Origin: Caecitellus pseudoparvulus
Taxonomy: Eukaryota; Protista; Bigyra: Bicosoecida
Direction: 5' to 3'
Length of the DNA stretch: 64,000 bases
NCBI GenBank assembly: GCA_965644315.1
Contig: CBFFRQ010000093.1
Location: 205,627-269,626 of the forward strand
Under the pieces are notes generated by a model that worked only from the letters and a program-made list of their open reading frames with translations, was not told the DNA's origin and ran no database searches. Position numbers and translations under genes: made by a program. This document shows positions 1 through 11,482 of the stretch, piece by piece; the stretch's first letter is position 1; each line of letters begins with the position of its first letter.

Positions 1-71
1 CAGACTTCAGCCCGCCTGCAATCTGGACACACAAGGATGCATTGCCGGCAGGCGGCGCCATGGACAGGGAC

Positions 72-1794
72 TCAGAACTTCACCTCGTACTGTCCAGCTC
101 GCGTGGAGTACTTGACCCACTTGATGGTCTCGTAGTTGCTGCGCTCGTACACCTTGAGGTTGCGCACGTGCAGGCCGGAGGCCGTGAACATGGACACGTT
201 GAAGTCCACAGAGATGGGGGGGCGCGTCCATGTCTTCTTGGTCGTCGTCTTGATCAACTGCACGTCCGCGGTCAGCGTCAGCTCAGAGCCGCCCGGGAAC
301 TTCTTCACCCGCCAGACAATGGCGCCAGCAGTGGGTTCGTACTTCGCGCGCCCAGTGGGCACGGCGATGCGCGCCTTGGCCGTGGAGGCGGGGGTGGGGA
401 TCTTGAACACGACGTTTGTCGCGTTCAGGTTGCCGTTGAAGTTGCCGATGACCTTGATGGACATGTGCACGTGGCCTTCGGAGCGCTCCTCCACCACTGG
501 CAGGAGGCGGAAGGGCAGGTTCACGCCCTCCGTAATACGGTACTTCATCAACTCGAACTCGCCATCGGGCGGCACGAAGGTGATGGTGCGGTCCGCCTCG
601 AACTTGCCCAGCTGCACGCAGCGGTGGAAAGACACGTCGTCCAGCTCCACCGCCCGAGAGCCGCCACCGCTGCCAGCAGCTGCCGCGCCAGTGTCACGGT
701 CCAGCAGCAGCTTGTCGTTCAAGCCGAACTTGCACTCAGGCATGCCCGTCAAGCGGGTGTTCATCTTGATTACGCCCGTCACGTCTGAGCGCAGGACTGC
801 GCCTTGGCTGGACACCAGCAAGTTCACGCTCTCCAGGACGTCAATGAACACTTCGTTCTTCTTGTGCACAATGCCGTCACGGCGCCTGCGCAGGGTGTGG
901 CACGGGCGCGTCTCTGGTGACTCAGCCTGGCAAGGGGCGGACTGTGTGGGTGCGGGACACGCACCAGTCACGGGCACCTGTGATGGTCTTGGTGATTTTC
1001 TTGTGCTCCGCTGCTGTTGCAGGGGCCACCTGGGAACCCAAGTTGATGTACAGCTTCAACACGTCGAAGGCGCAGTTCTGGGGATATCCGAAGTCCAGGA
1101 TCTCTGCGCCAGATGTAGCGACAGCACACAGCGTGCAGGCTCAGCCCTGTGGGCGTGTGTAGCACAAAGTGCGCTGCACGCACCGTCCAGCAACTCGTAC
1201 ACGAGAGTGAAGCTGCCCCGTACCGTTTCCTGCGTGGTGGGGAGAGGGGGCGGGGCGTGCAACAGCGCTGGCGTTTCACGAGGTGGAGGTGCCAGCGCAC
1301 CTCATCGAATTCCCCGCCAAAGTAGCCCTTGAAGACCTCCAGCGTCGAGAACAGGAACTGAAACACCAAACCTGTGCAGGCAGTCCGTACGCGTGGGGGG
1401 CGGGTGGCCTGCCTGCCCCCTTGCAGCAGGCAGCAGCGGCCCGCTGGTCTGCTGCTGCACCACCCCGCCAAGCCACGCCAAGCCACGCACCTGCGTTGAC
1501 GTTGCTGCGCGTGACTGCGACGAGGAACAGGTCCTTCATGCGGGTGAAGAGGAAGGTGTTCCCCTCAATCGTGCGGACTGGAGCGGAGTTCCCGGTCTCC
1601 TTGCTCGCGATGACCTGTGGCGTGGGCCGAGGCGGGAGTGTGAAGGTCCGGCACTGCGCTGGCCCCAGCTCGCTGGCGCCCAGCCTCACCTGTGTCCGGA
1701 AGGCGTTGGCAGCAGAGACAGAGACGTCATCTCGGTACAGGCGGGAGATGATGATCTCGCCCTTCAAGTTCACAAAGAACAGCCCCGAGATCAT
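72..1794 (-). CDS. AP2M1: AP-2 adaptor complex mu subunit (6 exons)
   Basis: Spliced product reads MISGLFFVNLKGEIIISRLYRDDV...YELLDEILDFGYPQ...WRRDGIVHKKNEVFIDVLE...MPECKFGLNDK...FHRCV...FVPPDGEFELMKYR...WTRPPISVDF..MFTASGLHVRNLKV...KWVKY, all hallmark mu-adaptin motifs. Five GT-AG introns join the ORF fragments in frame. Confidence 0.95.
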
Positions 1795-2184
1795 GGTGCC
1801 TTGTGCGGAGAGATGTGCGGAGATGCGCAGCTACGGCGAGACGCCAGCCCTGGGCCATGCACAGCGGTGAGCTCCTACCCGACAGTGCTGGGTTACTCGC
1901 CTTGCGCGTGGCGAGGTGTTTGGAAGGTGTGGGATGTGCCTCGAGGTGGTGTTTGTGCGCACTGTGCACCGGACCATGCGAGGGTGCCACCGCCCGCACT
2001 GCCAATTCAAAACGCGGCGTGCCTTCCAGGCATGCACCATTGCTCTGTCTCACACTCCATCGCACTGGCACGCCCACCTGTAGCCCCTTGCAGTGGCCTG
2101 TGTGCGCGCTTTGGCCGGTTGGCAGGCAACCCCAGCCCACGCACCAGCACTGCTCCCCAGCGTCAGGCGGCACCGGCGGACAAG

Positions 2185-5100
2185 ATGGCGGCTGACGAGG
2201 TCGTTAGCAGTGTATTGGAGGGCATGGAGGAGGCAGTGCGGGGCATGAGCGGTGGCAGGGCTCTGCGCAGCGTGGCCGAAGCGAGCCCGTAAGGCCTGCG
2301 GAATTGGGCGGCCCACTTTACCTGCCTTGGAAACGCAAACACACACTCTTGCCCCCACCACGCAGGCACCCTAGCGGTGCGCCGCGAGCTGTGAACTTGC
2401 TGTCATGTGCCACGGCAGATGAAGTCCCCTTGCTGGATGAGTTTGAGGCTGCTACCCACAGCTTGGAAATGGGCGGTGTGGCAATGTCCACCCCGCAAGG
2501 CACGCGAGTGACCGGCACGCTGTCGGCGACACATTTCGCCTTGCGCTTCTTGCCCAACGTGGGTATTCACGACCGTTCGCTGCGCTTGGTCCCGCACTCT
2601 TGGTGGGTCATTCCCCTGCTCCTGGTGCGCAAGCTGGAGCTGCTGCGGCCGGGTCGCGGCCAACCTGCCTCCGTCGTGCGCCTGCACTGCAAAGACGTGC
2701 GCAGCCCGTACATGGCCTTCCGGTCCCCCGAGGACGCATCACAGGCAGTCAAGCTCGTCAGCAGCCTCGCCTTTCCGAAGCTGCACCACTCTTTTGCCTT
2801 CGCGTCCGTGCCTCGGCACAACGGAGGTGGTGCGTTGCCGGGCTGGTTTGACACGTACATACCCGCAGAGGAGTTCGCGCGGCAAGGTGCACTGGCGGCG
2901 GTGAACCCCATCTCTGGCCAGCCCCAGTGGCGCATCACCACTGTGAATGACCAGTACTGCTTCTCGCCAACATACCCTCACCAGCTGGTGGTGCCTGCGG
3001 CCATTTCGGATGGGCACTTGGTGCCCCTGCAGCGTTTCCGCTCCAAAGGCCGCATCCCTGCCCTCACCTGGCGGTACAGGGTGAATGGCACAGCCATGCT
3101 GCGGTCCTCCCAGCCACGCATCGGCGTGTACAACGCTTCCTGTGCAGAGGACCAGCAATTGCTCAGCGCCGTGAAGGCGACATCTGACGCTTACATTCGA
3201 GGCCTCGCCTGTGCACGGCAACTGGGCCGCGCTGGAAACGCCGCGCCAGCACCAGCACCGGCGACAACACCAGCACGGCCACCGGCACCGGCTCCAACCA
3301 TGTCCGCCTCTGCCGCCCTGGCAGCCGCTCGACGCACATCCTCTGCCCGCACGGCAGTGGCGGTGCCGGCTGCAGAGGCTGACCCACACAACCCCTTCTC
3401 AAGCGTGGGCGGGGGGGGCTCATGTAGCCCAGCAGGCGGCAGCAGCCCGCGTGATGGCGGCGCCGACACGCCTGTCAACACTGCGCTGTGGGGTGACGCG
3501 TCAGGCGCCCTGAGCCCGGCGCTGGTGTCCACGCCCAAGCTGCTCATCGCTGACTGCCGGCCCAGCACCAACGCCATGGCTCAGAAGGCAGGGGGGTGGG
3601 GCTACGAAGCCTACCCCGACTGCGAGACGGTGTTCCTGGGCATCCACAACATCCACGAGGTGCGCGCTGCGTTCCGCCGCATGGAGGCGCTAGTGCGCAA
3701 GACGGCCTCCGCTGACACGGCGCGAGGCACGCCCACGCCCGAGGACTTGACGTGGGGCGAGCAGCTGGAGCGCACGGGGTGGCCCTCCATGCTGCGCTGC
3801 ATTCTGGGTGGTGCCCTGCGCGTGGCGTGGGCCATGGAAGAGCATGGTAGGTCGGTCCTGGTGCACTGTTCCGACGGCTGGGACCGCACGGCACAGGTGT
3901 GTGGCCTGGTGCAGGTGCTGCTGGACCCCTATTTCCGCACCACTCGTGGCCTGTGTGCACTGGTGGCGAAGGAGTGGTGCACCTTTGGGCACAAGTTCCA
4001 GCAGCGCCTGGGGCTGGGAGACGTCAGGTTCGACGAGGACGGCGAGTGTTCGCCCGTCTTCATCCAGTTCCTGGACTGCCTGTGGCAGCTGGTCACGCAG
4101 TTCCCCGCCCTCTTCGAGTACACGCCCCGCCTGCTGCGGGCGCTGGCCCACCACGCCTACTCCTGTCGTTTCGGCACCTTCCTGGGCAACTGCGAGAACG
4201 AGCGGCGGTCAGCTGCCTTGCCGCAGAAGACGCAGTCCCTGTGGACGTGGGTGCTGGGGCAGGTGGAGGCGGAGCGGTGCCTGATGCAGGCGAGCAGCAC
4301 TCTGGCCCCAGGGGAGGAGGGCGTGGGTGTCGCGCATGTGGCTGGTTTCCTGAACCCGGCGTACGCTGCTGGCACAGCGGATGCGGTGCTGCTGCCGCCG
4401 CCCAGCGTCGTCCTGCGGAAGGTGTGTGTGTGGGAGGACTGGTGGTGCAGGTGGGGGGGCATGCCGTGGGGCGGCTTCAACACTGCCGCGGCGGTGGGCC
4501 CACCAGGTGACACCTCGTGGGGCGTGTGGGCCCATGACAGCCGAGCTGCGGGCGGCGGCGACACGCCACCCGCCGCCGGGGCGCCGCAGACCGAAGAAGG
4601 CAGTCGCTGCCGCTGTGTGGGCCCGCCGCCCACCAGCACCACCATGTCCTTGGAGCGCTCTCCGTATGGCAAGGCGGCAGCTGCAGCTGGGGCAGTGGGC
4701 GGTGGCGAGTCGCCACCCTCAGCCGCGCTGGCGTGTCCCTGGCTGCGGTATAAGTGGAAGGGGGGCGGGCTGGGGCATGTGCCTGGGAGCGTGGACACTG
4801 CGCTGGCGCCCATTGATGCCCTGCGGAAGGAGGGCGGGTTGCCCCCCCTCGCTGCCGCCACCGCTGCCGCGAGCACGCCACCAGAGCGGGCCTCGGCCAA
4901 CCCTGCCGTGGCCCTGCAGCCGCCGGCGCTGGAGGAGGAGGAGGCGCCCCCCACGCCCCCTGCGGCAGAGGGGGGCGAGCAGGGGTCGCTCGTCCAGCAG
5001 GCGCCCCCGACGCCAGCGGCGGTGGAGCCACCACCACCCCCCACCATGCACACAGGCCCCAATGTGGACCCTTTCACGGGGCAGCCTCTGGGAGGCATGA

Positions 5101-5186
5101 CTGTGGTGGCGGCAGTGCCTGCGTTGGAGAGTGCTGCGGAGGATGAGAGCGTGGCCAGTGCAGCCTCTGACGAGGCTGCGGATTGA
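2185..5186 (+). CDS. Myotubularin-family phosphoinositide 3-phosphatase (catalytically intact)
   Basis: Motifs WRITTVNDQYCFSPTYP, FRSKGRIPALTW, RSSQP, catalytic VHCSDGWDRT, KEWCTFGHKF, SPVFIQFLDCLWQL, FGTFLGNCE. ATG at 2185 with a probable intron of about 2289-2365 (gtaagg...cgcag). Confidence 0.92.
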
Positions 5187-5315
5187 TGGAGCGGGGGGGC
5201 CCTGGTGCACTGCACTTGGCGCATCAAATCCCGCACGTTGCCAATTCACAGCGTCCCTCAGCGCGCCCACGGGACTGCAACCACTCGCCGCGCACAGGCC
5301 CCGCTGTCAGCGAAC

Positions 5316-6814
5316 ATGGGCAACAAACACCCTCGGCCTTTGCGGCCCGGGGAGACCCCCCCGCCAGATGCGGTGCCTGGGCAGGGCGACAGCCCAGCAC
5401 CTGCAGCAAGCTCCACCCCCGACGACAGCAAACACGGCACGCCGGCAGAGGCTGGGCCTGCAGAGACTGCGGGTGCGCCTGCAGGAGCACAGAAGGCGTG
5501 CCTGGATGACTTTGAGCTGCTGAAGACGGTGGGCAAGGGCAGCTTCGGGAAGGTGGTGCAGGTGAGGAGGGCCAGCAGGAAGCCTGCCGGCACGCCAGCC
5601 ACCCAGCCCACCTCGTGCCTGCACAGGTGCGCAAGAAGGACGACGGCAAGATCTACGCCATGAAGATCTTGAAGAAGGAGATGATCCTGAAACGCAAGCA
5701 GTATGAGCACACCCTCTCGGAGCGCCGGGTGCTGGAAAACATCGACCACCCCTTCATTGTGTCACTGCGTTTTGCTTTCCAGTCTGAGCACAAGCTGTAC
5801 ATGGTGTTTGGTGCGCACGCGCGGAAAGCCCCAGGAATGCCTCGCAAGCCCTGCACAGCCACGACCTCTGCCTGCTCCCCTCCTGCAGATTTTTTCAACG
5901 GCGGCGAGCTGTACCACTACCTGTCAGAGGGCGGGCGCTTCGCTGAGGAGCGGGCGCGTTTTTACGCTGCGGAATTGACATCAGCCCTGGGGTACCTGCA
6001 CGCACGAGGCATCATTTACCGGGACCTGAAGCCCGAGAACCTGATCCTGGACCATCAGGGCCACATCCGCATCGCCGACTTTGGGCTGTCCAAGGAGGGT
6101 GTCGAGGGTGAGAGCGTCACGAGCATCTGCGGCACGCCCGAGTACTTGGCTCCCGAGATTCTGCGCCGGAAGCCGTACGGCGTGGGCGTGGACTGGTGGG
6201 CCCTGGGCACCCTGCTATACGAGATGATCGCGGGGCTGCCCCCCTTCTACGACCGCAACCGCCAAACCATGTACCGCAAGATCCTGGAAGCCCCCCTGAC
6301 ACCCCCTGCCTGGATGTCCCCTGCCGCCGCCGACCTGTGCGCACACCTGCTGAACCGCGACCCCGCTCAGCGCTACGGCAGCCAGGGCGTGGAGGCCATC
6401 AAGCAGCACGCCTTCTTCGCCGGCCTGGACTGGGATGCCCTGAACCGCAAGGAGCTGCCGCCACCCTGGACACCGGCCGTGGCGGGGGCGGAGGACACCT
6501 CCAACATCGCCAAAGAGTTCACCAGCGAGCCTGCAGGCGTGACGCCGTCCCCCGCAGGCATGAAGCTGCGAGACGTCATGGGCAGCGGCGCCACGCCGCC
6601 GTCCTTTTCGGACTTCACCTTCACCCACGAGAGTGTCATCGACGGGCAGGTGTGGCAGGTGTCCTTCTCAGAGGAAGACGAGGCCGCCCTGGCAGGTGCC
6701 AGTGACGCCATTGACGCGGCTGTGGCCAGCTCCGCGGCAGCAGGGGGGCAGGGCGGCGGCGGCGGTGTGCAGGAGGTGCCACCGCCTGCCTTGCCGCCGA
6801 CGAGCCACAAGTAG
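5316..6814 (+). CDS. AGC-family Ser/Thr kinase (PKB/SGK/S6K-like), N-terminal MG, no PH domain
   Basis: DDFELLKTVGKGSFGKV, YAMK, YRDLKPEN, DFG, CGTPEYLAPE, DWWALG, and hydrophobic motif FSDFTF. Two introns at about 5562-5627 and 5811-5888. Confidence 0.93.
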
Positions 6815-7064
6815 AGGGAGCGGTGAGGGGGCAGGGGGGGCGCGCGCAGTGCAGCCTTCAGTGAGTGCCATGTTTCAAACCTGCATGCTTCGCCACCCCC
6901 CCTCTGCCCCATGTGCGCTGCGGCGGATCGCTTATGTGAATGCAACACCGTCGTCTGACGCACGGCAGCGGAACGCGGCCGAGTCGGACCCTGCCCACTG
7001 AACGCGAACCCCGCCCCAGGGGAGCCACGCCGGCATCGACTTCTCCTACGCCGTAGACATTGCC

Positions 7065-8054
7065 ATGTCTGTCACAGCAAGCCCAGTGGTGCGTGCGGGA
7101 ATGGCTGTGCCAGGGAACAGGCTGCGGAAATTGCTTGAGCAGTCACTCACGCTGCCCGCCTCCCCACAGGCCCTGGCAGTGGCGCGTGCCGCAGGCGCCC
7201 AGGCTGTCGCTGACACCATGGACTTCCTCACCGCTGCGCTGCCTGCAGAGGGCGGTGACATCATGGCTTTGCCTGAGGGTGCAGATGAAGGCGCCTGGGC
7301 AGTGGCGGCTGGCCGAGCAGCGGCTGCGTTGGCGCCGGAAACCTTCGACACTGAGCTCACTGCGGCACGAGCCGGCACCTTCACCCACACCGTGCTGGCA
7401 CGTGCTCCTGGACTGAAGGCTGACCTTGCTCCGTACCTGGCCTTCCACACAGACGGGTCTGTGGCAGCGCGACCATCTGGTGTGTGGAGGGGTGCCTCTC
7501 GCGGCACGAAACGCGCGCGGTCTGACGCCCCCGCCGTGGTGGGGGACGTGGACGTGTCCCAAGGCGCCGCTGCAGCGGCCCAAAGCGCCGTGCTGGCACA
7601 CGGCGCCGTGGCAGCCCGGCCCACCGCCGCCCCTGCAGTTATCACCAAGGCCCACCGCAAGGCAGCACGAGGTGCAGCGCCAGACACCGCCGGCAAGGGC
7701 TGGTTCAACTTGGCAGCACCCGAGATGACTGCACAGGTCAAGGCGGATTTGGAGGTGCTGAAGAACCGGCGCGCCCTGGACCCTCGGCGTTTCTACAAGG
7801 GCAAGGAGGAAGCCAAATCCCGCAAGTACTTCGCCATTGGCACGGTGCAGGAGGGCTGGGCAGAGGGCGCGCCTGGGCGCATGACGCGCAAAGAACGCCA
7901 AGGCAGCCTGCTGGGAGAAGTGGTTGCCGACGCCCGCCTGGCAGCGTACGCCAAGCGCAAGTACGGCGAGCACCAAGATGCTGCTGCCAAGCGTGGAAAG
8001 GGCGCCGCCTTCAAACGCACCCAAGCTCGCCGCAGCTCCTGGCGGCGCAAGTGA
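7065..8054 (+). CDS. FCF2: Fcf2/DNTTIP2 pre-rRNA processing protein
   Basis: C-terminal Fcf2 domain: DTAGKGWFNLAAPEMT..K.DLEVLKNRRALDPRRFYK...KYFAIGTV...RMTRKER...Y.KRKY. Confidence 0.88.
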   Translation: MSVTASPVVRAGMAVPGNRLRKLLEQSLTLPASPQALAVARAAGAQAVADTMDFLTAALPAEGGDIMALPEGADEGAWAVAAGRAAAALAPETFDTELTAARAGTFTHTVLARAPGLKADLAPYLAFHTDGSVAARPSGVWRGASRGTKRARSDAPAVVGDVDVSQGAAAAAQSAVLAHGAVAARPTAAPAVITKAHRKAARGAAPDTAGKGWFNLAAPEMTAQVKADLEVLKNRRALDPRRFYKGKEEAKSRKYFAIGTVQEGWAEGAPGRMTRKERQGSLLGEVVADARLAAYAKRKYGEHQDAAAKRGKGAAFKRTQARRSSWRRK

Positions 8055-8096
8055 GCGCCCGCCCTGGCCAGCTGCAGACTGCAATGCATTTGTCTC

Positions 8097-10109
8097 TCAC
8101 GCCTCTGCCGTCGGCGCCGTGGGCAGCCAGCCTTTTCCCAGTGCTCGCGCCGTTTCGCCACGCGCCAACGCAGAACGCCGCTTGGGGTCCCACGCCTGGC
8201 TGCGGTACACCATGAGGTTCGTTTCCGACACTGCAACCAGCTGGGGCAGTGTTTCTTGCACGTGCAAATCGTGCACGGCGTACCACGTGTCGCTGGCGTC
8301 GTCGTGCACGTGTGCGCTGTAGTGGCCGGTGGTGAGGGGGTGCCCGCCACCCACCTGTGTGCGCTTGGCACGGCCACTGGCACCAGTGCCATCCTGTGCA
8401 GCCACTGCACTGACGTCAGGCGGTGTGGTGTGCACAACATTGGCTACAAGGTCGTACTTGGTGCACCAGCCCTCCCACGCCACCTGCAGGGCAGGCGGCA
8501 CCAGGTCAGACCGCTCAGTTCCCGCCGCAACAACGCTGCTGCCACGAGGGTGCCAACACTTCAGGTGTGCGATGATGGCCTTGGTGGGTGTGGCGGGGTC
8601 CATGATCTCCGCAGGTGTGAGCAGGGGGACGGGCGGTGACACCCGGGGCTGTGCGTGGGCGGAGGGGGGGGCGCCCTCCAACGAGGGGGGGGGTGGTCCG
8701 CTGGCTTCCGGCAGTGGCTGGCGCAGACACCCCTTCACCTCCAGGCCGCTCACTGGCAGCGACACGATGATGGGGTTCTTCTCGTGGAACCACTGGTTGC
8801 TCGTGAAACGCCGGCAGTGCAGCACCATGAACGGCGGCAGGCGGGCCAGGGTGTACCTGCGCGAGAGGCGGACGTCGCCTTTCACCTCGGACTGCCCAGC
8901 CTGGCCTGCGAACTTGCCCAGCAGCTGGAACAGCGGCACCTGCGGGATTACGCGACGCCCCGCTGCCGCGTCCTTGAACAACGGCGCGGGGGGCAGCTGC
9001 AGGCTGAGCAGCAGGCAGGGCACGTCTGCAATGGACGTTTCCGAGGCCTGCTGTGCTGCAAGGAGTGACGCGATGTCCTCTGCACCTCCCCGCTTGGCAG
9101 CACTGGCCAGCAGGGCTTCCTCCTGCGCTGACGTCAAAACGGGCGTTTTCGTCGTGTGCACGCGCACAAGCCCGCCAAAGCACTCGTGCACAATGGACTG
9201 GGCGGGGCTACCAGACGGCAGCGGACGGGGCTTCATGCGTTTCCCGCCCACCTTCGGGTACGCCTTGGTCAGGTCGCGGTGCAGTGTGTTCAGGAGCCAG
9301 GTGAGGAAGTCCACGACCTCGGGTCGCTCACGCATTCCAAACCGCTGACTCGACGCCAGTGCCACCTCGTGCGCGAATTCATGCGGGGAAACGCTGGTCT
9401 TCAGGCCGGTGCGAGCCCACAGCCGCCGCAGCAGGCGGCCAAAGGCGCCCACGAGACTGCTCGTGCACCCCTCATAGTTGGAGGGGAGCAGGAAATAGTC
9501 TCGGAAGGGCGTCACCCGGCACAGCGCGTGCACGACAGTGGTGAGGTAGTCCGTGGCACCCAAGTTGTTCACGCCCAGCAGGCCTGGGCGAAACGCACCA
9601 CCGTGCATGGCCGTGGCTGTCACCGGCTGCAAGTCCAGGCTCTGCACCTCAGCGGGAGTGAACGACGGCCGCAGCGCGGTCTGGATGTCTCGCAGACTCG
9701 CATCCTTCACTTGGTACGCATCGGGCAGCACCCACACCTCCGCAGTCTCCAGGTGCATGAAGACGTGGTGGGACGCTTGCACGGAGTGAGTGTAGGCGGG
9801 CGTGCGCTTGCCGCGCCCCTGGAAAAACTGCCCACACACCAGGCACACATAAACGTTGTTTGTGGCCGTCGTGACACTGCACACGTGCTCCATGTCGAAG
9901 TCCAGGCACTCCCGGTGCACAGTGTCCAGGTACAGCGTGCTGCCTTCGCCGCTGGCAGGCGCAGCTGGCGCAGATGCTGTCGCTGCTGCAGCAGGGGCTG
10001 AGTCCACAGCCGGGCCCGATGAGCCCTGATCTGCAATGGGTGCGTCTTCACCGCGTGGTCGCTTGGCAGCGCTGGTGGCAGCCCGACTGCCTTCAGCCGC
10101 CCGCTTCAT
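8097..10109 (-). CDS. USP39: U4/U6.U5 tri-snRNP protein USP39/Sad1 (pseudo-deubiquitinase)
   Basis: LYLDTVHRECLDFDMEHVCSV, ZnF-UBP YVCLVCGQFFQGRG, LPDAYQVKD.SL.DI, GVNNLGATDY (Asp at the catalytic Cys position), LPPAPLFKD, IPQVPL, EKNPIIV, KYDLVANVVH. Likely start is MKRAAEG at 10109. Confidence 0.93.
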   Translation of the reverse strand: MKRAAEGSRAATSAAKRPRGEDAPIADQGSSGPAVDSAPAAAATASAPAAPASGEGSTLYLDTVHRECLDFDMEHVCSVTTATNNVYVCLVCGQFFQGRGKRTPAYTHSVQASHHVFMHLETAEVWVLPDAYQVKDASLRDIQTALRPSFTPAEVQSLDLQPVTATAMHGGAFRPGLLGVNNLGATDYLTTVVHALCRVTPFRDYFLLPSNYEGCTSSLVGAFGRLLRRLWARTGLKTSVSPHEFAHEVALASSQRFGMRERPEVVDFLTWLLNTLHRDLTKAYPKVGGKRMKPRPLPSGSPAQSIVHECFGGLVRVHTTKTPVLTSAQEEALLASAAKRGGAEDIASLLAAQQASETSIADVPCLLLSLQLPPAPLFKDAAAGRRVIPQVPLFQLLGKFAGQAGQSEVKGDVRLSRRYTLARLPPFMVLHCRRFTSNQWFHEKNPIIVSLPVSGLEVKGCLRQPLPEASGPPPPSLEGAPPSAHAQPRVSPPVPLLTPAEIMDPATPTKAIIAHLKCWHPRGSSVVAAGTERSDLVPPALQVAWEGWCTKYDLVANVVHTTPPDVSAVAAQDGTGASGRAKRTQVGGGHPLTTGHYSAHVHDDASDTWYAVHDLHVQETLPQLVAVSETNLMVYRSQAWDPKRRSALARGETARALGKGWLPTAPTAEA

Positions 10110-10688
10110 GCCCAGACTGCGGAAGTTGCTCGAGAGCCACAGCCACGTCCACCACAGTCCAGCGGCACCCCTTTGTGCCCTGTTCAGCAAAACTATTGAT
10201 GCTGGAGGGGATGAAGATGCACTGTAATCGATTAACTTTCCTTGAGGGCTGAATGTGGTCGGGGCGTGCCACTGCCGCCGAGAGCCGCCGCTGGCAGCAG
10301 CACACTCACACACTGCTCCTGACAAAGCTTGGAACCCCCCCCGCACACCCCCACCGAGCGCCCACACGCCAACCACTGTGCCTGCACCCAGCATGAGAGC
10401 CAGGGCACTTCACGCGTACCCTCCCCTCGCCTTCCTGCCGGGTCCGCCCACGCCACTCGCACACACTGCACTCACGCGCCCCAGCGCAACCCCACCCGGA
10501 CATGGGCGAACTGTGTCCACCGACCACCTTCTCCCTCAGCCGGTACGCCGCGACTGGGGACACCCTGGTCTCCGTCCTGGTGCCTCCCACTTCCCCTTGA
10601 GCGCCTTCCGCCTGTGGCTGCCTCTCCCTCGGCAAGCCCTCTCAACCCACCCTTGTGAAACCCCGCACCTGCGCCACACACGCCCAAC

Positions 10689-11367
10689 ATGGCCGCCCGC
10701 AAGCCCAAGGTTGCCAACCCCAGCAGCCTCATCGAGTACCACCACCTTCGGTTCCTCATCATCGATGCTGTGAGTCTGCGTGCGAGGGTGCCCGCCCTGC
10801 CGTGCGTCCGGCCTGTCGTTTCCTGGACCGAGCCACGCTTTCATTGCACGCTTTCTGGTGTGGTGCCCCATCGCCTGAGGTGTGCCTTCCCACTGACGCC
10901 GCACTGCACGCCGCCCCCCCTGCTGCTCTGTACAGCCTACGGATGCTAACATTTCCGCCTATGTGGACGAGGTCAAGCGCAACAACGTCGTGACCGTCGT
11001 GCGGGCCTGCGAGCCAACCTACGACCCCGCCCCATTTACCGCAGCGGGCATCGCGGTGAAGAACATGGCGTTCCCCGACGGACAGCCGCCCACCGACAAA
11101 GTCGTGGACGCCTGGCTGGAGGAAGTCAAGACCTCCCTTGCCAAGGGCCGGAAGGACCCCAAGGCGACAATCGCAGTGCACTGCGTTGCCGGCCTGGGCC
11201 GTGCACCGGTGCTGGTGGCTGTGGCGCTGGTGGAGGAAGGCCTGCAGCCGCTGGAGGCAGTGGAGCTCATCCGCTCCAAGCGCCGTGGTGCCATCAACCA
11301 GTCCCAGCTCAAGTACCTGCAGCACGAGTACACCCCGCGAGGGGGCGGCTGCTGCACCATCCAGTGA
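10689..11367 (+). CDS. PTP4A: PRL/PTP4A prenylated protein tyrosine phosphatase
   Basis: SLIEYHHLRFLIIDA|PTDAN (intron about 10770-10935), VVRACEPTY, FPDGQPP, AVHCVAGLGRAPVLVA, IRSKRRGAIN, C-terminal CCTIQ CaaX. Confidence 0.93.
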
Positions 11368-11482
11368 AGGGCGCACCGCCTGGCGCAATGCACTGTCACA
11401 CGCCTCTGCACCACCATGCCTGCAGCGAGGCGAAGAGTGCGCACACGAACAAACAAGTGCATTGCGCTGCCGGCTGTGCGGT

